NCBI RefSeq assembly: GCF_044704955.1
Contig: NC_092007.1
Coordinates: 3,720,001-3,784,000, forward strand
Direction of reading: 5' to 3'
DNA length: 64,000 nucleotides
From: Pristiophorus japonicus
Lineage: Eukaryota
This document shows, piece by piece, positions 1 to 9,239 of the stretch. How positions within the stretch are numbered: the stretch's first letter is position 1; every line of letters starts with the position of its first letter. The position numbers and the translations under genes are program-made. The notes beneath the pieces are model-generated. The model ran no database searches and was not told the origin of the DNA. It worked only from the letters and a program-made list of their open reading frames with translations.

Positions 1-1110
1 CAGGACGACTGGAGACCTGCTCTGCTGCATGTGCCAATACATACACACACACTGAAACATACTCTGACTGTCCTCCTTCAATCCTCCTTCCCACAGGACC
101 TCTCTCTATGTGTGATTCATCGTCCTCAATGTGAGCCTCACCACCTCACAGCCTTGTTATTGGCCCGTGCTGTGCCTTCCATGATCTAACTGAACGACAG
201 AACACTCTCCAGGGGATGAATAGCCCACGCCTGTTCCTATGTTCCTTTAAAACTCTCCTGAAACACCACATCTTTGAACAAGCTTTTGCTCATCCCTCCT
301 AATGTTTCCTTAGTTAGCTCGGTGTCCGTGGTGTGAAGCCCCTTGTGCCAATTTTCCAGAAAAAGTCCTATATGTATGCAATTTGTTGATGTTCAGTGAT
401 TGCACTAACAGTAATGTAAGAAGGCCTGTACTGACAAACAATGCAGGAAGTTCACTGGGTGGGCCTGTAGTGGCTGTGACCACCAATGGTGGCTGTATGT
501 TTGCTGCTGGAAAAGCGAAGGTGCCAATGAAAAAAGCACACCTCTTGACGTGTCAATCTGTGTTACTGGGAACACGAATGCACCTCATTTATATTACAAA
601 GCTGTCACCAGAGATGGTCTGACTACAACGGCAGTGCTGTAATATAAATGCAGCAAGAGATTAGAGTCAACTTGTGAGAGAAGCTGCAATTAAAATAGTA
701 AAATACATTTTCCTTATCAGTTAGCAGCCCTTTTAAGTGGGGCAGATGTGTATGAGGAAATCCCACGTTACGGACTATTATATTATTCTCCCCCATTGTT
801 TGATCTGTGCCTTTTTTTTGCCTTGTCTGTAAACTCCTGTGTACTGGTGTTCTGTTCTGATAATTATTGTTTGTAAAGGGATATTAACCAGGCTTTACAA
901 CACATCAAGTCTTATGTGGGAGCCTTATAAACATTCATAAATGCTCAGTGAGGAAAAATAACATTTAAATATTTTCAATCTAAAAATAAATCATGTCCTT
1001 TAACAATTCATGCAGAGGAGTTCTTGTTTGGATTTGCAACTTTTAACCAATGTTGGTATCCACAAAAATAGCTCCGGGTGCTCTGAAATAACAGAAAATA
1101 TTCCCAGTGC

Positions 1111-1516
1111 ACCTCATTCAGGTCTCCCCTCAGCCTCCTCTGTTCCAAAGAAAACAAACCCAGCCTATCCAATCTTTCCTCGTCGCTAAAATTCTCCAGT
1201 CCCGGCAACGTCCTCGTAAATCTCCTCTGTACCCTCTCCAGTGCAATCACATCCTTCCTGTAATATGGTGACCAGAACTGCACGCAGTACTCCAGCTGTG
1301 GCCTAACTAGTGTTTTATACATTTCAAGCATAACCCCCCTGCTCTTGTATTCTATGCCTCGGCTAATAAAGGCAAGTATTCCATATGCCTTCTTAACCAC
1401 CTTATCTAGCTGGCCTGCTACCTTCAGGGATCTGTGGACCTGCACTCCAAGGTCCCTTTGTTTCTCTGCACTTCTCAGTGTCCTACCATTTGATGTGTAT
1501 TCCCTCGCCTTGCCTT
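1111..1516 (-). mobile_element. CR1-type LINE 3' ORF2 fragment
   Basis: Translation RDLGVQVHRSLKV...LVRPQLEYCVQFWSPY...ALERVQRRFTR is the typical CR1 ORF2 C-terminus. Confidence 0.9.
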
Positions 1517-1838
1517 CATGTTGGATCACAGGGTCCATGCCTCGATCTCATAGCCCCGCACTCCACGTGAACCCACGGCTCATCGCTCCCCGGTGGTCCA
1601 GATTGGGACCCATTTCTCCACCCGCAGAGTGGACTGCTTGGCCCCTCCCCTTTGAAGAAGAGGAGGGGCCTGTCTATGCGGCAGGGCTCCGCCCCCCCGC
1701 TCACTGAACCATTCTGATCCCTCCAGCCTTGCAGAGCAGGTGGAGCGCGATATTTTCTCAACCTGCCCTGCCACCTTCAGCGATCTGTGCAAATATCCCC
1801 AGGTCTCTCTGTTCATGCACCCCCTGTAGGATTGTACC

Positions 1839-2189
1839 TGTTAGATCTCTTAATTTTCAATGAAATACGAACTCCGATTGTAGTTTTAATGTAACTTTAT
1901 TTTGGCAGCAGCAACAAGCTTCTGGCTTTAAGCCAGGCCTTTGTCCTTCTGAGACCACATGGTCAAAATGGCTATACTTATACCTGGTGCAATTTACAGA
2001 AAAGAACTCACCTTCTTTGACCTTATTGTCTCAATTAATAGCCTTTTAACCTTTTAATTGGCTCGCTACCCAAGGTCCTTAAATGTCAAGTTGATTGATG
2101 ACTTAATGCAATGTGCTCAGTCGCACGTAAACATGGGAGTCTGTGTTTTCTCAACCTGTCTAAATGCAGCCTGTTTGAATTCTCTATCA
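1839..2189 (-). repeat. 3' LTR of ERV
   Basis: About 13 mismatches to 7478-7828 by manual alignment; minus-strand TATAA-like and AATAAA motifs. Confidence 0.95.
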
Positions 2190-2209
2190 ATCCATCCTTT
2201 GATTCTTTC
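2190..2209 (-). promoter_or_regulatory. Polypurine tract
   Basis: Purine-rich GAAAGAATCAAAGGATGGAT immediately before the 3' LTR on the minus strand. Confidence 0.6.
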
Positions 2210-2552
2210 ACAAACTGAATATAAAACATCAGGTATCACTGGTTAAACATTCTGCAAAATAATTCCATTTATGTTAATAGAGTTTCCTTCAAAAATTTGT
2301 TGATGTGTTTTGCCACATGTCCGGACCAGTAGATTCCACACAAATTTACACCAACCAGAGTTCCATCGTGGCCATAATGCAAGTCTGGTTTTAGTAGGTT
2401 AATTAACTTTATTCCAATTTAATCCAAATCAATATCTTAATTCAACCAGTAAACAACCTTCCCTTAAGCATAACATACCCCTGTGCCACGTACAGACGGT
2501 CTGCTGGGACCTGCAAGATGTCTCACCTGCGGGGCAGCAGATACAGCCACCT

Positions 2553-5500
2553 GGTCGTTGACCTAATGCTACATAGCACCATTGGTAGTGCCTGGGGCCA
2601 TGGTGTTCCTTCTTGGTGATATTTGGCAAGCCGTTGTTTCAGAGTTCAATTCATTCACTCTACTTGTCCTGATGATTGTGGATGATAAGGACAGTGTAAA
2701 TCCCACGTAATGTTCAGTAACCTACAGACTTCTTTGCAGACAGCACCTGTGAAGTGTGTTCCCTGATCTGAGTCAATGCTACTCGGGACTTCCCATCGGG
2801 GAATGTAATCCTTACACAAGACCTTTGCAGTGTGATTGGCTGTGGCTCTTTTAGTTGGGACAGCTTCTACCCATCTAGAGAATCTGTTGACCATGACAAG
2901 AATGTTAGTGTATCCTTGGCATGAGGGAAGAGATATATAATCAACCTGCAGGTGCTGGAATGGTCCGACAGGGGCAGGGGGCCTCAGCTGGGGCATTACC
3001 GTGATGGGTCCAGAATTATTTTTCTGGCAGACCACACAGCGGTCTGCTACCAGCTGGGCGTGTTTTTTAAATCCCCGACCTAACCAGCTTTTCTGGAACC
3101 GTGCCATCATCTGTTGTGAGGCCAAGTGTCCCCACGAGTGGATCTGTTGGGCTAAAAAAGGCATAAGCGCTTATGGCGCGACTGGCTTGTCGGTAACTCT
3201 TTGTCTCCAGACACCATCTTCGCATAGCTTAATTCCTGCCTCAATCTATGTCCATTTTTCCTCTCGGGAGCACTCACCTTGCATTGTTTGAAGGTCTCGT
3301 GTCAGAGTCCTGAGTGCTTTCAATCTGTACATCTGTGTTGGTTCTTCTGGGGGAACGCCCTGTGAGGCGGCATCTTTAGCTGCCTGGTCGGCTAGGGCAT
3401 TTCCCTGTGCTTCCATGGTATTTTCCTTGGTATGGGCCTTACACTTCAGGATGGACACTTCCTGAGGTAATTGTATGGCCTCTAGTAAGTCTCGGACTTC
3501 TTTTCCATTTCGGATACGTGTACCAGCAGCAGTGAGGAATCCTATTTTCTGCCATAACAGACCAAAGTCGTGAGCGACTCCAAAAGCATAACGCAAATCT
3601 GTGTACACATTAGCTGTCTGTCCTTCTGCTATTCAACATGCTTCTGACAGGGCCCGTAACTCGGCCTGTTGTGCTGACGTTCCTGAGGGTAAACATCCTT
3701 TTGCCACTAAGGTTGTAACTGCCCATCTTGCTTTTCTAGTACCATTGTCAATAAAGGAGGAACCATCTGTAAACAGGATGAGGTCTGGGTTGTGCAGAGG
3801 CTCCTCTGCTGCTAAGGCTGCTTCTTCTGTTTCTTTTAAAATCTCCACGCAGTCATGCTCTTCACATTCTCCCCCCTCTTGCTCCCTCAATTCTGACATC
3901 GGGAGCATAGTTGCGGGATTAACTGGGCTGGCCCGGACGATATGGAGATTAGGAGCTTCCAAAACTGCTGTCCAGCGGGTCCATCTAGCTGCCGTCACCT
4001 GAGACATTCTTTTCAAAGACAGCAAAGCATGTACGGTGTGGGGACACTAGACAATCAGCTTTTGGTCGAGGACTAGACCCGCAGTGATCATTACCGCTCG
4101 ACATGTAGCTTCCATGGCCCTTAGGCAACTTTCCCATCCGAGGGCTACCGCATCCAGTTTTGCCGAATAATAGCCAATAGGTCTTTGCCGATCACCATGT
4201 TCTTGTGTCAGTATAGCTTTCATATATCCTTCTTTCTCATGAACAAACAGGGTAAATGGTTTACCACTGTCGGGGATTCCCAGAGCCGGTGCCGAACACA
4301 AAGCCTTTTTCAAACTCAGGAAGGCCTCTTGCTGTTCTTTAGTGAGGGTGATGGCTTCTTTAGAGGCACGTTTCCCTTTAAAATATCATTCAGTGGCTGA
4401 GCAAGCTGTGTGAAGGAGTCAATCCAATTTCTGTTAAAGTTACACAATCCCAAAAAAGACCTTAGTTCCTGAATAGTGGTGGGTTTTTTAGCAGCCCGAA
4501 TGGCTGCAGTTCTATCCTGGGTAAGTTCTCTCTTTCCTTGTGAAGTCTTTAGTCCCAGGTACACAACCTCTTGGGATATTTGTGCTTTGTCGATGCTGGC
4601 TTTATGTCCTTTCAGCCGCAGGTGATCCAGCAAAGCTCGTAAATCTTGTTCATGCTGGTCTTCCGTGTTTGAAGCTAGCAGGATAGCATCTACATATTGG
4701 ATGACTGTGGATGACAGGGGAGGTAATTCTCGCAAATGGCTTTGTAAAGCCATGTGGAATACTGTAGGGCTGTTGTGGAAACCCTGCGGTGACCGGGTCC
4801 AAGTATACTGTTGTCCTTGGACTGTGAAAGCAAACCACTGTCGAACCTCCAGTGCCAGAGGCACCGACCAAAATCCGTTGGCCATATCTATAACCGAGAA
4901 ATATTTATGTTCCGGTTTGAGGGCATTAAAAATGGTGGAGGGATCTGCGACCAAAGGAGCTTTTTGATCAATACACTGATTAGCTTTCCTATAATCGACA
5001 GTCAAACGCCAAGTCTCATTAGATTTCTGTACCGGCCACACGGGGCTATTGGAGGAGCTATGCGTTTTAATAAGCACCCCTTGTTTCTCCAATTGCTGAA
5101 TAACCGGTAAGATTCCCGCGATGGCAGTTGGACTGATGGGATACTGTTTAGTGCATGGAGGCTTGGTCCCTGTAAATGATGCAGGCTCCATCTGGAGTCG
5201 GCCACAATCGTTCTTATCTTTAGCCCATATCGGGTGTTCCTTCAATTCTTCTTTCTTCAAAGTTCTAATTGACCATGTCACCTGACCATCCTCAAAATGC
5301 AACGATGAATCTACTTGGATTAGAACGTCCATGCCCAAATGGGGTTGATCTACTGGGCCTATCCAGACTGGCGTGGTTAGTTTATGTGGACCCAGCCCTA
5401 TAAGTACCGGTGTTGTCCTTTTAATTTCCATTTTATGGCCCCCAACTCCATAGGCTGTACGTGCCCTACCATCCAACGGTAAAATGTCTCCATATTGTAG

Positions 5501-5640
5501 AGGTAAGCATGTTAATTCCGCCCCGTGTCTAAAAGACAGTCCACATCCTTATCGCCCACCCTCACAGTTATATATAGCCCGTCTCCCCTTTGTTGTTTTA
5601 GTGCGAGGAGGGGGGCCAGTGTGGGCTCTAATCGTTTTTT
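2553..5640 (-). pseudogene. pol: Retroviral pro-pol (protease, RT, RNase H, integrase), disrupted
   Basis: PR LLDTG; RT IDMANGFWSVPL, PQGFHNSP, YVDA (mutated YVDD); RH FTDGSS...SAQQAEL; IN HHCC, LQVDY, SDQGTHF, HPQSSGQVE. Split by several stops and frameshifts. Confidence 0.93.
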
Positions 5641-7190
5641 GCTATCCCAAGTAACTCCTTCTGTTGTTGTATTGTCAGTCGCTTAAATGCTTCTATGAGG
5701 TCATTATCTTGTGACAAGCCTGGTTTGTTGGCTGAATTGTATCCCTGGCTGCGTCCTCTTCCCCGGCCACGACCTTGCTGTTTTGCCCTGCACGTCTTGG
5801 CCCAGTGACCTTCTTTCCCACAATAATGAAATTTTCCGGGTAATTTTCCAAATGTCTGTTTATCGGAATCCTGGGATTTCCATCCCACAGCCTGCAGGGC
5901 TCGGACTTTAGCTCCCATATCCCGATCTAATTGGTTACAATGAACCACCAATGCTGCAAAGGTAGTTCCTCTACCTTCCCAGTCCGGTAACACTACCTTC
6001 AGCATTTTGGACAGTTCTGGCATTAGACCTGCTACGAAAGCTGCTTTCAGGGGTCCAAACACTTGTTCATCCATTTCCTCATCCGTATTATTCATACCCG
6101 AATGTTCTAGCCACGCGCATCTAAACCGCTCGCCATACTCCAGGACCTCCTCTGTTCCTTTCTTTTGGCAGCCTGCAATTTTTCCCCAGTCTGTCTTAGC
6201 TGGACTGAAGGTTTGCAGCCAGTGTTTAATCGCCTCCCACCCTGCGTTTAATTCTTGCTCATCCTTCCCCAAAGCTTCTTCTACCTTGTCGTACAATTTT
6301 CTTCCCTGTGTTTTTGGCACCATTATGGTCAAAATTTGCACTCCGTCCCAGGGATGAAGTTGATATATATTTCTTAAGCGGTTCAATTGGTCCCACGTTT
6401 TTGCTCCCCCTTTCTTTGGATTGGGCAACTCCTTGGACCATTTATCAATTTTCTCTGGGTCTGCCGGATCATGAACTAAGTATTCTGCATACACCCTTCT
6501 CTTTGTTTTTTTGGTTCCGCCCTCATCCGCAGTCTCTTCTGATTTGACTACAATTCCTCTTTTTAAAAATGGGGCAAAGTGCACCCCTAATTCTTCATCC
6601 TCCGACCCTGTATTGTCGGAGGATTCAGAATCCGTATCTATTCCTCGGTCGTGTCTTCGGGTTTGCGCTTTTAATTTATCCAAACATGGGTACCCTGGGA
6701 ATTGACCGATACATTTTCCTTTTCCTATTACTGTCTCTTGACCTAATGATTTTTTCCATTCTTTAATTTCACCTTTAAGATCTTTAACTCCCGCTTCCAG
6801 CTTTTCAAGTTCAAGCTTTTTCTGTCGCAGCTGCGCACAAACAGCTTGCAATTGATCCTTTGCACTGGTCAGTTCTTGATCATTTTGGGAACACATTATA
6901 ATTTCATTCCGCTTTTGGATCTTTCCCATAATGGCTAGGGACCATCTCGTTCGCTCTTTATTTTTCATATGGGTCGTTTTTCCCCAGACCCTTTTAATCT
7001 CGTCCAAGGACCATTGTCCTTTGGAGGTTCCGTACTTTTGTTCGATCTTATTACAGGTTTTAGATAAGTTGAATTGTTGCTCTATGTATTCTTTCAACTG
7101 TTGGAGGATTTCATCTATCGAAACCTCAGGTGGTGCCTGTCCACCTTTAACCGTTGTAGGCAATTCTTTGCTCTTATCTCCTGCTGCCAT
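5628..7190 (-). CDS. gag: Retroviral Gag, open 520-aa ORF
   Basis: Follows the PBS/leader; coiled-coil region, MHR-like CQKKGTEEVLEYGERF, zinc knuckle (F)HYCGKEGHWAKTC, RG-rich tail. Confidence 0.9.
   Translation of the reverse strand: MAAGDKSKELPTTVKGGQAPPEVSIDEILQQLKEYIEQQFNLSKTCNKIEQKYGTSKGQWSLDEIKRVWGKTTHMKNKERTRWSLAIMGKIQKRNEIIMCSQNDQELTSAKDQLQAVCAQLRQKKLELEKLEAGVKDLKGEIKEWKKSLGQETVIGKGKCIGQFPGYPCLDKLKAQTRRHDRGIDTDSESSDNTGSEDEELGVHFAPFLKRGIVVKSEETADEGGTKKTKRRVYAEYLVHDPADPEKIDKWSKELPNPKKGGAKTWDQLNRLRNIYQLHPWDGVQILTIMVPKTQGRKLYDKVEEALGKDEQELNAGWEAIKHWLQTFSPAKTDWGKIAGCQKKGTEEVLEYGERFRCAWLEHSGMNNTDEEMDEQVFGPLKAAFVAGLMPELSKMLKVVLPDWEGRGTTFAALVVHCNQLDRDMGAKVRALQAVGWKSQDSDKQTFGKLPGKFHYCGKEGHWAKTCRAKQQGRGRGRGRSQGYNSANKPGLSQDNDLIEAFKRLTIQQQKELLGIAKND
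5634..5640 (-). promoter_or_regulatory. -1 ribosomal frameshift heptamer A AAA AAC at the gag-pro junction
   Basis: Gag ends GCA AAA AAC GAT TAG. The -1 frame reads RLEPTLAPLLALKQQRGDGLYITVRVGDKDVDCLLDTG; the read-through frame hits TAA after 9 codons. Confidence 0.85.
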
Positions 7191-7455
7191 AATACTGATT
7201 TCTTTACTGGGGTCTCGAGTCGTAGGCTTTCCAGCCGATCAGTAGGTTGGTGATTAATTAACTAACACACCGCCGAACTTAGACGTCTATGGGACCTCGA
7301 GCCGACTACCAACCGGAGGGTTCGCAAACTGGAGGCTTTCGGAATCGCGTAGAAGGCGAGGCAAATTTAGACTTTTGACCGAGGACTTTTATAAAGAGGA
7401 GTCCTTACCTCAGTATGTAGGTCCGATGTCCAAAATTCAGTTTCTTCCCTTAGCG

Positions 7456-7473
7456 ATCGTGTTCATGACGCCA
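7456..7473 (-). promoter_or_regulatory. Primer binding site, best match tRNA-Ser(CGA)
   Basis: TGGCGTCATGAACACGAT, 4 nt after the 5' LTR; 16/18 match to the complement of the vertebrate tRNA-Ser(CGA) 3' end as recalled (TGGCGTCACGAACAGGAT). Confidence 0.75.
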
Positions 7474-7477
7474 AAAT

Positions 7478-7828
7478 TGTTAGATCTTTTAATTTCCACT
7501 GAAATACAAACTCTGATTGTAGTTTTAATGTAACTTTATTTTGGCAGCAGCAACAAGCTTCTGGCTTTAAGCCAGGCCTTTGTCCTTCTGAGACCACATG
7601 GTCAAAATGGCTGTACGTATACCTGGTGCAATTTACAGAAAAGAACTTGCCTTCTTTGACCTTATTGGCTCAATTAATAGTCTTTTAACCTTTTAATTGG
7701 CTCACTACCCAAGGTCCTAAAATGTCAAGTTGATTGATGACTTAATGCAATGTGCTCAGTCGCACGTAAACATGGGAGTCTGTGTTTTCTCAACCTGTCT
7801 AAATGCAGCCTGTTTGAATTCTCTATCA
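7478..7828 (-). repeat. 5' LTR of ERV
   Basis: Direct repeat of 1839-2189, followed on the minus strand by the PBS. Confidence 0.95.
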
Positions 7829-7833
7829 GTACC

Positions 7834-8010
7834 CTTTAGTTTATATTGCCTCTCCTCATTCTTCCCCACCAAAATGTATCACTTCGCACATTTCTGCTTT
7901 AAACTCCATCTGCCACGTATCTGCCCATTCCACCCGCTTCTCTCTGTCCGCTTGGTCTGTCACTCTCCTCCTCACTGTCACTATCCGTCCAAGTTTGGTG
8001 TCATCTGCCA
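7834..8010 (-). mobile_element. CR1 fragment, host of the ERV (other half about 1750-1838)
   Basis: ADDTKLG and CEVIHFG-type coding remnants on the minus strand. Confidence 0.75.
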
Positions 8011-8026
8011 TTTCTTTCTATTCCAG

Positions 8027-8326
8027 ATACGCTTCCAAAGCCCACGATGTCTGTGGACCCACCCTCGGTTGTAGTGACGGTAGGGGAGGGGATTCAGATT
8101 ACCTGCATCACCAGCTACCCAGCCCACAGGTTCCACTTGTACAAAGAAGGTCACAGCGATATTATTGACACACGGCATGTCACAGGCTCCGAGGGGTCAG
8201 TCACATTCCCCATCACAGACCTCGAGCCCACGGATGGAGAAGCCTACATATGTGTCTTTGAGAAAACGGTGAAAGAGAGAGTATATATCGCACCCCTCAG
8301 TGACCCGGTGCAGGTAACTGTGACAG
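8027..8326 (+). CDS. Ig C2-type domain exon of an LRC-like (LILR/GPVI/CHIR-like) receptor
   Basis: ttccag acceptor, 300-bp phase-1/phase-1 exon, gtgggt donor. DTLPKPTMSVDPPSVVVTVGEGIQITC...FHLYKEG...FPI...AYIC...SDPVQVTVTG. Confidence 0.88.
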
Positions 8327-8454
8327 GTGGGTGACATGTCGTTACCGGACTTCGTTCCTTGTTACCCCGGCAACAAAGGGTTCTTGGTCCTGTCACAATA
8401 ACTTCCATGTGACTCGTGCCTCGGTGGTTATTCAACAGCAAGCTTCAACATCCA

Positions 8455-9140
8455 TGTCAACCGTGGCTCAGTGGGCAGCACCCTCGGCTCTGGGTCAGCA
8501 GGTTGTAGGTTCAGGTCCCACTCCAGGGACTTGAGCACATAAATCTAGGAGGGGCAGTACTGAGGGAGTGCCGCATTGTCACAGGGGCAGTACTGAGGGT
8601 GTGCTGTACTGTCACAGCGGCAGTAGAGGGAGTGCTGTACTGTCACGGGCAGTACTGAGGGAGTGCCGCAATGTCAGAGGGGCAGTACTGAGGGAGTGCC
8701 GCAATGTCGAGGGGCAGGACTGAGGGAGTGCCACACTGTCGAAGGGGCAGTACTGAACGAGTGCCGCATTGTCACAGGGGCAGTACTGAGGGAGTGCTGT
8801 ACTGTCACAGGGGCAGTACTGAGGGAGTGCTGTACAGTCGGAGGGGCAATATTGAGGGAGCGCCGCACTGTCAGAGGAGCAGTACTGAGGGAGCACTGCA
8901 CTGTGGGAGGGGCAGTACTGAGGGAACGCCGCACTGTGGGAGGGGCAGTATTAGGGAGCGCCACAATGTCGGAGGGGTAGTACTGAGGAAACGCCGCACT
9001 GTGGGAGGGGCAGTGCTCCCTCAGTACTGCACTGGGAGTGTCAACCTAGATTTATGTGCTCAAGTCTCTGGAGTGGGACTTGAACCCACAACCTTCTGAC
9101 TCAGAGGTGAGTGTGCTACCCACTGAGCCACGGCTGACAC
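8455..9140. repeat. Two inverted SacSINE1-like tRNA heads flanking a ~33-bp minisatellite
   Basis: Head at 8455-8550 (+) is the reverse complement of about 9045-9140; about 13 copies of GGGGCAGTACTGAGGGAGTGCCGCACTGTCaga lie between them. Confidence 0.85.
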
Positions 9141-9239
9141 CATATTCTGAAGAAATTCAAACCGATGTTTAACTGTATATCTGGGGCTTGCTAGCATATC
9201 CAACCCAAGAATGATAATGTGCTGCTTGTAAAGATTGCG

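Larger units (their letters stand above)
1839..7828 (-). mobile_element. Endogenous retrovirus provirus (LTR-gag-pro-pol-LTR; env and IN C-terminus deleted), inserted in a CR1 fragment
   Basis: Two 351-bp TG...CA direct repeats, TSD GTACC (1834-1838 / 7829-7833), PBS, PPT, Gag/PR/RT/RH/IN motifs. The CR1 sequence joins up across the site (...attgtacc|ctttagtttatattgcc...). Confidence 0.96.

Noticed and set aside
97-130. Possible leader mini-exon (cccacag...gtgagc) of the Ig receptor
   Set aside because: 34 bp does not fit a phase-1/phase-1 exon and the peptide is not convincingly signal-like
1517-1715. GC-rich segment with short ORFs
   Set aside because: Probably a degenerate LINE fragment; no reliable motif
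8612-9099. Repetitive ORFs (LPQYCPSD, GAVLRE), also at 25000-25700 and 40320-41040
   Set aside because: Artefacts of the 33-bp SINE minisatellite, whose length is a multiple of 3
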